Assembly (NCBI GenBank): GCA_013265495.1
Contig: MU061578.1
Coordinates: forward strand, 505,308-569,307
Reading direction: 5' to 3'
Origin: Vicugna vicugna
Lineage: Eukaryota
DNA: 64,000 nucleotides
The translations under genes were made by a program, and so were the position numbers. Below the pieces are notes generated by a model that had not been told where the DNA came from, did not search any database, and worked only from the letters and a program-made list of their open reading frames with translations. Of this stretch, positions 26,269 through 37,165 are shown piece after piece; the first letter of the stretch is position 1; each line of letters starts with the position of its first letter.

Positions 26269-27873
26269 GACCCAACCAGCACACCGCACACCAACAATTC
26301 TCACAGCTCGTAAACTCGTTGAAATAGTGAACACACAGACTACAGATTTCATACAACTATTTCAAAACCAGATGTAGAGCAGCTACTTGAACAGCCCTCC
26401 AGATTCTAACCCTTCCAGTCAGAGTCCTAGGCCAAGTACCGTTCAGGATGGTATGTCCATGGGGAAGGGGGAAGTGAGTCCATCTAGTAACTGTGATTTA
26501 ATTTTCGAGGAACCTTAACATCTGCCCGCCTGGAGTCTCATCCAGGCCAACTCTTCAGCTGTATTATTGTCTGTGAGGTCGTGGGGGGAGGGGGGGAGGC
26601 CAAAGATCAGGTTGTTCCTTTATCCTACTCAGTCTGTTGACTGTGGTTACAGGAAGAAACCAGCAGACACAACCCACAGACCGGGGTTTGTGCTCCAGAA
26701 TCAAATCATCTTGAAAGCACTTTGTAAAATAAACTCAAACTGGGTTCTTCCTTGTACGATGTCTCAGAATCATAGGACCTTTAATCAGGTCCTATGTGTG
26801 TGAATCTCAAAGAGAAGGTGTAGACTAAACAATGCTTCCCGAAGTTATTAGAAACATGATGCTGTTACAGGGATTAAGTGGGTGTGAAGGCAGCATTTGT
26901 GGAGGACAAAAGCGTTGAAAAGAAACAGAGCCTGGGTGATGCTCTGATCGGGACCCAGGAACTCTGTGGACCTCAGTTCCTCACCTGTAAAGTGGAGATA
27001 ACAATATCTCCCTCCAGGCGTGGAAACAGTGCTGGAAACTAGTTAGCACGGTTATTGACACAGGAAGTGTGAGATAAGTGCTGGCTTTCATCACGATCAC
27101 CACCACTGCTAGGAGGCTACACGGGATTCTCTCACGGAAGGAGCTTTCTTATCTAATTTGCTTAGTAATCAATCAAAAATCCAAAGGGACTGTCGAGTAA
27201 AATGTTAAATAAATCCCGAGGAATAACGATGAAACATTCATAATATATGCTGTGCACTAAAACATCTTTACAGGTCTCCAAGGGATTAGTCTTTTTAATG
27301 TAACACGTGAGGAAATGCTACGGCGGGGGGGATATTATTGATCAGAGGGCCCTTTGGCACTGACTTTTAAATATGGGCCTTCTAGGCCATAGATCACGTG
27401 AGAGCTCTTTCCGGCAGTTTCAGGGGAAGGGAGTTGTGACTGAACCCCAGGCAAGACCCCCAGGGTGACGCCATTTGTTGTAAATTCATTACCCTAAAAG
27501 TATCAAAATCTTCGTGGACATACAGAGCTAAATCCCTACAGAGTTGAAGAGCTATAAAGTGTTAAAGACAAGTGTAAGTGTCATCCGTGAAAGGGTAACA
27601 GGCTCACTTTCCCCAAAGATTCTGAATGTCCCAAACCCACAGCCTTGACAAACGGAAATGTAACCCATCATATCCTGAGACACTGCTCTGCACATTCGTG
27701 CAATTTAACTCCAATACAGTATGTGCCAATTGATGCCTCCTGCACCAGATGCTGGGTACAAAAGTGAAAGAACAATTGTCACGATTAGCTCTTCAAACAT
27801 TTGCCATGGTTTTACGGCCAGTATCGACATGGTGGGTGCTCATCACATGCCAAGTGCTAAGTAATTCAGCCTC

Positions 27874-28370
27874 TGTTAGTTGCAAGAGACAAAAACTCAG
27901 CTCAAATTGATCTAAGCGAGAAAAGAACTGTATTGGAAACTTCAAAGCTTGGATCTGCTTCAGGTACAGCTAGATCCAGAGCCTAACATGCTGATATCAA
28001 GACTGTTTCACTCTCTTCTTTCTGCTGCACTTTCCTCTTTATCTTCCTATCCTCAGATTGATCCCTCCTCCCAGTGGCAAGATGGACACCAGCAGCTCCA
28101 GGTTTACATTTAACAGGTATCGGGAACTGTCATGGAAATAGCAAACCCCTCTTCCTGCTTGCTTTGGCAAATGTCCACAGATTGACTCTGATTAGACAGA
28201 TTTGAGCTGGGAGACTGACCCCTCAACCCATCACTGAGGTCCAGGATACAAAAAATGCTAACTGATAGGCCTGGGTCAATTTTCTTCTCTTGAATCCAGG
28301 AGGTTAAATATCCCCACTGAAACCACACACATTGAGGTGATCTCCCTAAGGCGAAAAAAATCTGGCACAA
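27874..28370 (-). mobile_element. MLT1 (J/K/L-like) LTR, degenerate
   Basis: 'ttagttgcaagagacaaaaactcagctcaaa...gcttcaggtacagctagatccag...ggcaagatgg..agcagctccagg...actctgatt'. Confidence 0.65.
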
Positions 28371-29287
28371 TGTAATAAAAAAAAAACAAACGAAGGAGAA
28401 ATGGATGCTGAGCTGGTAAAAACGTTAGAAAGTCTTTACACAGCTTTCCTACACATTATCTTTAATACTGGAAGCCTGGCCTACATTTTACACATGGGAA
28501 GACTAAAGCTCCAAGTGGTTAAGCCTCCAAACTCACCTGCTGTCACATGCCTGGCTGGAAACGTGGGAAGTCAGCCCCCAAATGCACTCAAACACACAAG
28601 GTTTCTGCAAAGAGACCCTAGGCACCATTTTTTTGTGTGTATTTTCTGAAGGGTCAGAGATAGGATGCGGAGGAGGGGAGCATGGGAGAAAATCCTGGGG
28701 AACATTCTTTGTTTCTTTCTAAGCTTTTTGGACCTTAGGCCTGATTCCAGCAAGGTGAATCTTGTTCTCCCATGACCTCTGAATCAACCTGTCTTACCAT
28801 ACTTGGATCTCGGTATTTTCCAGGAAAGTGTAAGGGCTACTATAACAATCATGGTTCTTAGTTTGAACAACAGATATGGGCCATGGCTCATTAAGCACAA
28901 AAGGGATTTATTGAAAGACTATTTGGGTTATTCACAGATTCACCAGAAAAGATGGAGAACTAGGCTTGAAAGATATCCAGGAAAAGGGGAAGTTAGGCAG
29001 CCTGTGTCCCAGCCAAAATCGTAGTCCAGAATTAGTCTGACACCATCCTTGACATTGAATTCTCACCTGCTCCACGCATCCTGGACACTGTTGGGTCTCC
29101 TGGCAAAGGCCCCTGTACCTTGTTACAACTTCAGAACTGGGCACTGCTGGTCTGGGGGAGGGTGGTGCTGCTGTCACTGTGGGTTGGGGTGGTCAACCTC
29201 CCAGTTCCTGTTTCATAGACCCTCTAGGTCTCAGTTCTGGAGAACAGGCATCTGAATGGCTGAGTCTAGATCCCGGACCACACTTCA

Positions 29288-29494
29288 GATGGGTGGTTCT
29301 CGACCCAGGTGAGTTTGCCTGCAGGAAACATCTGGCATTGTCTGGAGGCAGTTTTGGTTGTCACAACCAGGGAGGGAGTTCTGCTCGCATCTCACTCACA
29401 GGAGCCAGGGACGCTGCTGCCCATAATCCTACGATACACAGCACAGGACGCACCCTGGTTGAAAATGTCTACAGTGCTGATGCTGAGAAATTCT
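29288..29494 (+). mobile_element. MER20 DNA transposon
   Basis: 'gtggttctc...acatctggcattgtctggaggcagttttggttgtcacaac...aaaatgtc..cagtgctga.gctgagaaa'. Confidence 0.85.
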
Positions 29495-30250
29495 CTTCTA
29501 GCCAAAGAGAAGTTTGGAAAAACGAGTATATTGAGATTTCTATGTTCTATCATGAGAGGTGAGCTCTGCTTCCCCCTAAAAATTATAAGATGGAAAATTC
29601 CTTTAAGAAAGGAAGCACGTTCTGATGCTAAAAATAAGCCCTGTTATAAATAGAAATCTCACAGCTATTTTTGGTGGTCTTCTGGAATCCTCCTTATTTA
29701 TTTCTGATATCTACTTGCTCCAATCCTAACTCAGCCCTTCTCCAAATCCTTCGCCTCAAGTCTTCCTCCATGCATCTGCCTTCAGACCGAATAGTTTGAT
29801 TCTTTGACTCTTCCTATATACTTCAGTTTGATCGTGCCAGCTCCATCCTCCTGCTTCTCAACCAAAGCCTTATGGTTCCTTGAATCCTACCCTGGGACCA
29901 CCTCCCAAGAAGAGCCAAGTTCCAGTATCCCTTTACCTTCCTTCATGGCTTCCTCAACAAGGCTGCCAATGCCACAGGGAGAGAACACAGCCAGATAACA
30001 CCATACCAGGTTGCCTAATAGGTCATTTCCAGCTCTTAAAGCTGAGTTGATTCCAACAAAGACACATATATCCAGTATCAAGAGATTGAATGGTTTTAGT
30101 TGGAAACCTTGATGACCCCAGAGGAGAGGGGTACTTAAGCCACAGTCTTGTGGCCCTTGGGAATTCCATGAAGAATAGGGTGACCAGTTAGCCAAAACAA
30201 AGCAGCTGGGGGCATAGGAGGGAACTGTGATTCCAACTAGAATGACTGAT

Positions 30251-30291
30251 TCCACTCCACTCCACTCCACTCCACTCCACTCCACTCCACT
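30251..30291. repeat. (TCCAC)8 pentanucleotide microsatellite
   Basis: Directly visible perfect repeat. Confidence 0.97.
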
Positions 30292-31221
30292 GGGGACCGA
30301 AGATTAAGCTCCAGGAAGAGGCTATAAAGTCCAAGAGGAATTGGAAGAAAAATTAAAACCATCCCGTGCATGGTGTGCTTGCCTCTCAACCTGCAAGAGA
30401 ACTTACAGCTCAGCCACCTCGCACCACAAATTCATCCTTAGATGAAATTACCATTCAGACAGCAAGGAAATCCAACAAATGAAGCAGTTTTTCAGCCCAG
30501 CAAGCCTCTTTGTGTCATTTCAAAATTGCAGCTGACACTTTAATATTTAAACAGAACAGAAGAGATATGGATTATTTATTTTCTTTTACTTTAATTTTAC
30601 TTCTGTACCAGCTCCCAACTTTTTTTTAACTTTAAAACAACAAAGCCCTACATTTTAACAGCAGTTTCTGCTCGATTCATCAGGTTGTGAATGTTAACCT
30701 GACACTTACAATCCACCAAAGCCTTTTTCAATGCCGTTGTCCCATCATCTGCTTCCATATTGCTATGAAATTACACTGAAAATATTTTTTGCTCTGGGCA
30801 AAACTAGTCATATAGAATTTGACTATGATCTATATATTTATGGGGGAAAATTAATCTTCAATGCTTCAAACTTTTTATGCCTCATAATTTTATCAAAAAT
30901 GTCCAAATGCATCATAATGGAGCTGCCAGAAACATGAAAAATGTCCCACTTTCTTCCTAAGCTTTTTTAAAAAACATGCTTTCAGGACGCCTTTTGAAGG
31001 CATTGTCTGGTTATACTGTTTTATGGGCAACTCAACAACTGTCACAGAATCTGATAAAAATCTAAAACGTGGGAGAAACTATGTAATAGCCTATTTTAGA
31101 TCAGTCATGGAGAGCCTTACAAAGCTGTTATATTGGCCTAAGCAATTGTAAAACACTACTTATCCAGTCCAAGAAATGTTTGAAATCCACATTAATGTGA
31201 AATAAACTGCAGATGTTTTAA

Positions 31222-31710
31222 CAGTTGTAAGTGACAGAAACTCAACTTGAGCAAAACAAAAGAAAAAAAAGGCAGAGAGGCTTAAATAACTAAGAAGTCC
31301 TGGGGTGTTACTGGCTTTGCACCAAAGGCTCGGAAATGCAGTCAGGCATACATTTCTCTTCATTTTTCCCAGGTGTGTCCACCCAGGTAGCAGGCATGAT
31401 GCACACCAGCCTCCCCCAAACTCATATATTAGAGCTTAGATTACTCCTCACCATGAGAGTGACTTCTTTCCTAGCTTTGGCAGAGAAGTCCCTGAGAAGA
31501 CTCTGATTGGCTCAGTTCAGGTCACATGTCCATCTCAGAACCAATGACTGTGACCAATGAGAGGAGCCCTCTGACCTGGGTCACATCTCCTGTAGTAGGA
31601 GGGAAGGCAGGGCCAATCCAATGGGATGAATTCCCTATCGGGAAGAGCCACTGTTCCAGCAGAAGGAAAAGGTGCTCTGGGCAGGTGATTATGGAGGTAA
31701 CCTACTACCA
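31222..31710 (-). mobile_element. MLT1 (J/K/L-like) LTR, degenerate
   Basis: 'agttgtaagtgacagaaactcaact...gactctgattggctcag..ggtcacatgtccatc..gaaccaatgactgtg'. Confidence 0.65.
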
Positions 31711-32003
31711 GTGGTGCTGGGTTTGGGAGGTGGTATTTCCATGTTTAATTTACTAACCTACTCAATTCTGGTTTCCACTGAAAATACGACAAACGGTTGT
31801 TTCTTGCATGAATTTTACATCGATCTGACTTAAGACTTCTGTTTCTTTATGTAGCAAAACTAGTTTTTGTTCTTCTAAATTAGACAATGGTGTTGAAGCT
31901 CTCCATCAATCAAGCCTATTCAAACTATCTTTTTCCCACCCTCCCCTTGAGTCCTCTCCCTTCACCTCTGATAGTTTTCAATTCTTTCTTTTGAATGCAT
32001 TTT

Positions 32004-32179
32004 TTAAAGTTTTTTAAATTAAAGTAAAAAAAATTTATTTATTTTATTTTTAGGGTTTTTTTTGGGGGGGTAATTAGGTTTATTTATGTATTTATTTTTA
32101 ATAGAGGTACTGAGGATTGAACCCAGACCCTTGTGCATGCTAAGCACATACTCTACCACTAAGCTATACCTTCTCCCTC
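32004..32179 (-). mobile_element. tRNA-derived SINE, Vic-1-like long form, with 12-bp TSD
   Basis: Minus strand has a tRNA-like head (gtatagcttagtggtagag..gggttcaatcc), then aaataaacctaattaccccccc and an A tail; TSD tgaatgcatttt at 31992-32003 and 32180-32191. Confidence 0.9.
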
Positions 32180-32552
32180 TGAATGCATTTTGAAAACCAA
32201 CAAAAGTTGCCTATGAACTGGACATATGTTGTTACCTAGTACAACATTTTAGCATCTACTTCCTGGAGATCACCAGGATTTGGGCCCTTTGTCCTCTCAT
32301 TTCACACGTGGTGTAAACAACATTAGATTTGGCCCTGTGATTACCCTTTGGTGTTTGTGCACTTATGGACTCATTCATTCATTTAGCAAACATTTAGTGA
32401 GCTCCTATTAAGTCCCAGGTACCCTGCTAGGAACCAGGATAAAACCAGGCTCAGTCCTATTCTCCTGGCATTGAGAATCTTGTAGAGAAGACAGACTGTT
32501 CAAACAGTAGTATGGATAACTGGATAACTTAGTGTATTCTAGTGCATGTACT

Positions 32553-32648
32553 GTGGGTGATGGTGATGATGGTGGTGGTGGTAGTGGTGGTGCTGCTGCT
32601 GCTGATGGTGTTGGTGGTGATGATGATGGTGGTGGTGGTGATGGTAGT
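32553..32648. repeat. Mixed (GGT/GAT/GCT)n low-complexity trinucleotide tract
   Basis: Directly visible; it produces the poly-Gly and poly-Pro ORFs in the track. Confidence 0.9.
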
Positions 32649-33768
32649 AACAGAAGGGACATACTATACTATAAAAGGTACATAGATGTAGTCAGAGAAG
32701 TTAGAAGAAGGATATCCTAAGGAAGCAATGTGATCTGAAGGATTAAGTAGCAATTAAGCCTTAAGAGGGAAAAAAAACGGATGAAGGGACATAAAGACAG
32801 TCAAGGAGTCTTTCCTTGAACCTCATTTTCTGAGTCCCAATTTGGGCAACTGACTTGTAGGCAATTATTCCAAATATGCATCCAAACTGTAAAACTTTCT
32901 CTATAAAATTTCATCCAGTGAAAGGCCAAACATATAATTTAAAAGTTCCATATTTCCACACTTCATAGATATTTTATACAAAGTTTTTTAAAAGAAAAAT
33001 ATATTACGGAGCACTACAGGTAGTAGTTATACATTTAGTGGTCATCGATGGAGAAAATTCATAAAGATTAAAACACTACTATAAGTTTGATGTTTTAAAT
33101 GACTTTGCATTATATTCTTCATAAGAGTATTTATGTTTATTTGAAAATGAGCCAGACATATGCAGATAATAGTCACCTATTCTAAAGAGAGTGGATGACG
33201 GGTTCACCTAAGGACTGAAGAACTCACTGGGACAAATCCATGCAGCTCACGCCCACCCTCGGGAGGCTGCAGCTCACAGACTGTGACTAAGAGGAGACAT
33301 CTGTTACTTGTTTGTTCTGTTCCCCATCCGTTCATTCTGTGAACTACTCCCCACCCCCTGTGATAGAGGTACCAGTCAGTCAAGGTCCCCCTTCTACCAT
33401 CTCAGGTGTGGGCTGGACAAATTCCTTGGGGGATTGACATGGATGCTGGGAATAAAGGGTTGCTTTCTTGTATTTCCTGGGACGAGGCACGCTAACTGCC
33501 ATGGAAACCAGGGGTCATCCTCCCCATATACAGCAGATGGATTATCTGGGGATAAAGTCCAGAGACACAGAATGAACCCATGGATCAGTCAAGACTGAGA
33601 ACAGTTGGCCTCTGGACTTCCCAGGTGTGTGAGCTTATGGTTTTCTCTTCCTTCTCCTGTCATCTTAAGCTTGTGTGAGTTGGTTCTCTATCACCAGCCA
33701 CTAGAAGTAGCGTGACTATGACTATAACTTCTGCTGGTCCAAGTATTTGCAGGTTTGTGCCTATATTC

Positions 33769-34093
33769 AGAGTCCATTATCACACAAGGAGCTCATTATT
33801 ACACGGAAAGTCAGTTATTACCCAGAAGGTCAATTATTACACAGAGGCAATTATTACACAGGAATCAATTACTACACTGAGAGTCAATTACAGCACAAAG
33901 AGGTAATTATCACATAAAGAGACAACTATTACACAGAGTCAGTGATTACAGAGGGGGTTTATTACACAGCCATTTGTTAAGCAGAGAGTCGATTATTACA
34001 CAGGCAGCCCATTATTCCACTATTATTACATAGATTCCATTAGGACACAGGGAGTCAATTATTATGCAGAGACACAATTATCCATTATCACAT
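33769..34093. repeat. Degenerate ~19-bp minisatellite, consensus ~GAGAGTCAATTATTACACA, ~17-18 units
   Basis: Units such as gaaggtcaattattacaca, gagagtcaattacagcaca, gagagtcgattattacaca, gggagtcaattattatgca recur at mostly 15-19 bp spacing. Confidence 0.9.
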
Positions 34094-34279
34094 GGTCACA
34101 ATACTTTGGGGAGCCCTGTTTGTTTAAACACCATAACCTATTACTCCGTTTCCCAATTCCAGTTATTTCTGAAAGGCTGCCACTTTCTCTAAGAAAGAGA
34201 TTCCACAGTGCCTACAGAGGAACACAGTGTCCAGGGACAAGTTGCGGGGACTGTTTCAAAGAATTAAGATATCCACCGA

Positions 34280-34427
34280 GAGAAATAGGAAACAGAGCTG
34301 CCTGTATACCTGGGTTCAAATCTCAGCACCACCACTGATTAGCTATTTCACCTTCACAATTGGCTTAATTTCTCTGTGCCTCTGTTCCTTTATCCATGAA
34401 ATAAGGCTCTTAGTTCTGACCTCATAT
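34280..34427 (+). mobile_element. MIR SINE
   Basis: 'cctgggttcaaatctcagcaccaccactgattagct...cttaatttctctgtgcctctgttcctttatccatgaaat'. Confidence 0.75.
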
Positions 34428-34494
34428 ACCACATCTCTGTCTCATATAGAGGTCAGCCATGTTTTTCTCCAGTTGATAGAAATATGGATTGCAG

Positions 34495-35007
34495 CCAATT
34501 TGTAGGACTGTCATAACAAGTAAACACAAACCTGGTGGCTTAAAACAACAGACATTTACTATGTCACAGGTCTGGAGGCCAGAAGCTGGAAATCAAGGTA
34601 TCAGCAGGGCTGATTCTTCTTGGAAGCCCTGGGGAGACTCTGTTCCATACCTTTCTCCAAGCTCACTGCTGAGTAATCCTTGGTGTTCCCTGACTTATAG
34701 ACCTATCACTCCAATCTCTGCCTCTGTCTTCACATTGTCTTCTTCTCTGTGCCTCTGTCTTAAATTTGTGTTCTGTTGGAAAATGTTTCCATGGTGTCTA
34801 CCAGCCTCACCAATAGACTATGCTCTATGTCTCAAATCTCAAATCATTCTCTTACAAGAGCATCTGCCGAGATTTACAGCCCATGTTTCAAGATCCTTAA
34901 CTTAATGACATCTGTGAAGACTCTCTTCTCCAAATAGGGTCAAATCTATACGCATATCTTTCCTCCTCCTCCTCCTCCCCCTTTCTTCTTCTTCCTCTTC
35001 CTCTTCT

Positions 35008-35038
<31 letters not shown>

Positions 35039-35059
35039 TTTTTTTTTTTGCCCACTACA
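34495..35059 (-). mobile_element. MLT1A/B/C-type LTR
   Basis: 'cataacaag..cacaaacctggtggcttaaaacaacagacattta...ctggaggccagaag..gaaatcaaggt..cagcagggc...atccttaacttaat.acatctg'. Confidence 0.85.
34957..35049. repeat. 93-nt uninterrupted polypyrimidine (CCT/CTT)n plus poly-T tract
   Basis: No purine on the + strand from 34957 to 35049. Confidence 0.95.
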
Positions 35060-35162
35060 TGGATGGCTTTCATTTTTGTGATTTTTACCTTCCCTTGTTA
35101 CTTGGTTCTTTTACAATCTTTCTGATAAGCAAAAATGACTGAATTACTTTTATAAACAGAAA

Positions 35163-35164
35163 TA

Positions 35165-35198
<34 letters not shown>

Positions 35199-35222
35199 CA
35201 TGAGATATATATATATATGTAT
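35163..35222. repeat. Compound (TG)n(TA)n microsatellite
   Basis: Directly visible. Confidence 0.95.
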
Positions 35223-36181
35223 CTTGCCCACACTTCTCATATAACTACTTCTTATTTCAAAAAGCCCTAAAGGATCCATGTTTCTGCTTGTGGCAGGATA
35301 TGTAAATCTATAGCAATTATTACCTTGATGAAAAGAGTACATGATAAGTCTTAATACAATTGCAAGCTCTGAAACCAAGGACTAATTTTAAGCAGTAAAT
35401 GGCATTAACCTGTGTTCCCAGGAGTACATTAGGATTTTCAAAATACAGCACTTTCTCCTTGTGCTGCATGCATACAAATGGGACTCAATTTATTGCAAGT
35501 GGTATTCCCGAGCACAACGCCGGTGACATAATTAAGAAATGTATTCAGCCTATTACTAATTTAACACTGTTCAGGGTTCTTATCAAAAAGCCGTGTGTCT
35601 CCCCACAGTGTCGCCATCAAATTTATGCATTGTAAATACAAATATATTTTATTCATAGTGGATTCTTGCAACTTCAATTATGCAATAAGTATTTATTTGG
35701 AATTCGTTCTTTTCCCCCCATTTGATAGCCATCATTAATTCATGTGAAACTGATTAAGCCTCTTGTAAAGCTCTGGCAAACACCTTAGAAGACAAACTCA
35801 ATTTGTAAGGATGTAGCTGTTGTCACGATTCTTTCAAGTGAAGAAAAAATAGCCTCTGGACTGAATACCTTCAGGGCTGGTGCTTGGCAAAATGGTGGAG
35901 CAGAAGTTGATTTCTGTGGCACTAAATTTTTGTCATTAGAATCCTTCTCCCCTCCCACAGGCATCCAGCTTCCAATACTGGGTGTCCAGTTGGCCTCTCT
36001 TGCACCTTCCCAACATGCTCCTCACTCAGGCTCCCTCAGTTCCTTAAAGGGAAACACCATTAATCCAATTTCATGCCCAAAGCTGGGCATCATCCAGATC
36101 TTCCATCTCTCACCTTAAATAAATCAGTAGATTCTGTTGGCTCCACCTTTTACATTTAACTACAAGTCGATCACTACTCAC

Positions 36182-36353
36182 TAGGGTGACCAACTCATCC
36201 AGGGTTGCCTGGCACTCACCTAATTCATCCCAGGAGCCCCCTGAGTCCCAGGCAAACCTGGACCGTGAGCCAGGACTGTCTTTGTTTCAAAATAGAAATG
36301 AATCTCCCCTGGGGGGACCTCCTCAATCCTTAGCAAATAAACAGGTCACCCTA
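36182..36353. mobile_element. MER81-like hAT-Blackjack MITE with perfect 10-bp TIRs
   Basis: TAGGGTGACC (36182-36191) and GGTCACCCTA (36344-36353); internal 'ccctgagtcccaggcaaacc' matches recalled MER81. Confidence 0.75.
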
Positions 36354-36552
36354 CTGATTACCAGTTTCACTTCAACATCCACATCCACATCCACAATCAA
36401 AATCAATCAAGTGCTGCAACAGCGTCTGATTCTACTCGTCCAGTGCTACAGTCACAGTTCCACACCTGCTATATGCCCCTCTTGCTTACAGCCCTCCAGT
36501 GATCTCCTTTACACTGAGACTGAACTCTGTTCCATGGCACATAACGCCCTAT

Positions 36553-37019
36553 TGTATCAGTTTCCTATTGTTGCTATAACATATTGCCACAAACTTATTC
36601 TCCTGAGGTTCTTTGAAATCGGGAGAACGAAATCAGTTTCACTGAGCTAAAAGTCAAGGTGTGGACAGGGCTACTTCCTTCAGGGGGCTCTCCGGGATGC
36701 CTGTTTCCTTGTCTTTTCTAGCCATCCGCATCCCTTGCCTCACACCCCACATCACATAGCTTTTTCTCTCTCTGCTTCTGTCATTGCACTGCCTTCTCTT
36801 TCTCTATCTGATCCTCCTGCTTCTTACGCAGACCTTTACAGGGACCCTTGTGATTACACGGGGTCCACCAGGTAGGTAATCTAGGATGGTCTCCCCATCT
36901 AAAGGTCCTCAACTTAATCACATTTGCAAGGTCTCTTTTGCAATGTATGGTAACATATTCACAGGTTCTGGGAATTAAGCCTGGCCATCCTTCGGAGAGG
37001 GCATTAGTCAGCCTACCAC
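36553..37019 (-). mobile_element. MLT1 (C/D/E-like) LTR
   Basis: 'tgtatcagtttcctattgttgctataaca..ttgccacaaact...ggacccttgtgattacac...aacttaatcacatttgcaag...cagcctaccac'. Confidence 0.85.
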
Positions 37020-37061
37020 CCCCTCTTTAATTTGGCCTCTGCCTTTATCTTTGGGATCTTA

Positions 37062-37165
37062 TTTTTATTTATTTATTTATTTTGTTTTGATGAAGGTACT
37101 GGGGATGAACCCAGGACCTCGTGCATGCTAAGCACGCGCTCTACCTCTGAGCTATACTCACCCCC
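37062..37165 (-). mobile_element. tRNA-derived SINE, Vic-1-like, with 16-bp TSD
   Basis: Minus strand reads gggggtgagtatagctcagaggtagagcgcgtgcttagcatgcacgaggtcctgggttcatcccc plus an (AAAT)n tail; TSD tatctttgggatctta (37046-37061) / tatctgtaggatctta (37166-37181). Confidence 0.9.

Noticed and set aside
30177..30195. Isolated TAGGGTGACCA resembling a MER81/MER94 terminus
   Set aside because: No matching second TIR or internal homology is visible
32408..32720. Poly-Pro and poly-Gly/Asp ORFs
   Set aside because: They are translations of the (GGT/GAT/GCT)n low-complexity tract
33769..34093. CRISPR-like array interpretation of the periodic region
   Set aside because: Units are contiguous and degenerate with no unique spacers, there are no cas genes, and the context is mammalian
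36186..36650. Longest ORF in the track (154 aa)
   Set aside because: Reads through a MER81-like MITE into an MLT1 LTR and starts at a non-ATG codon
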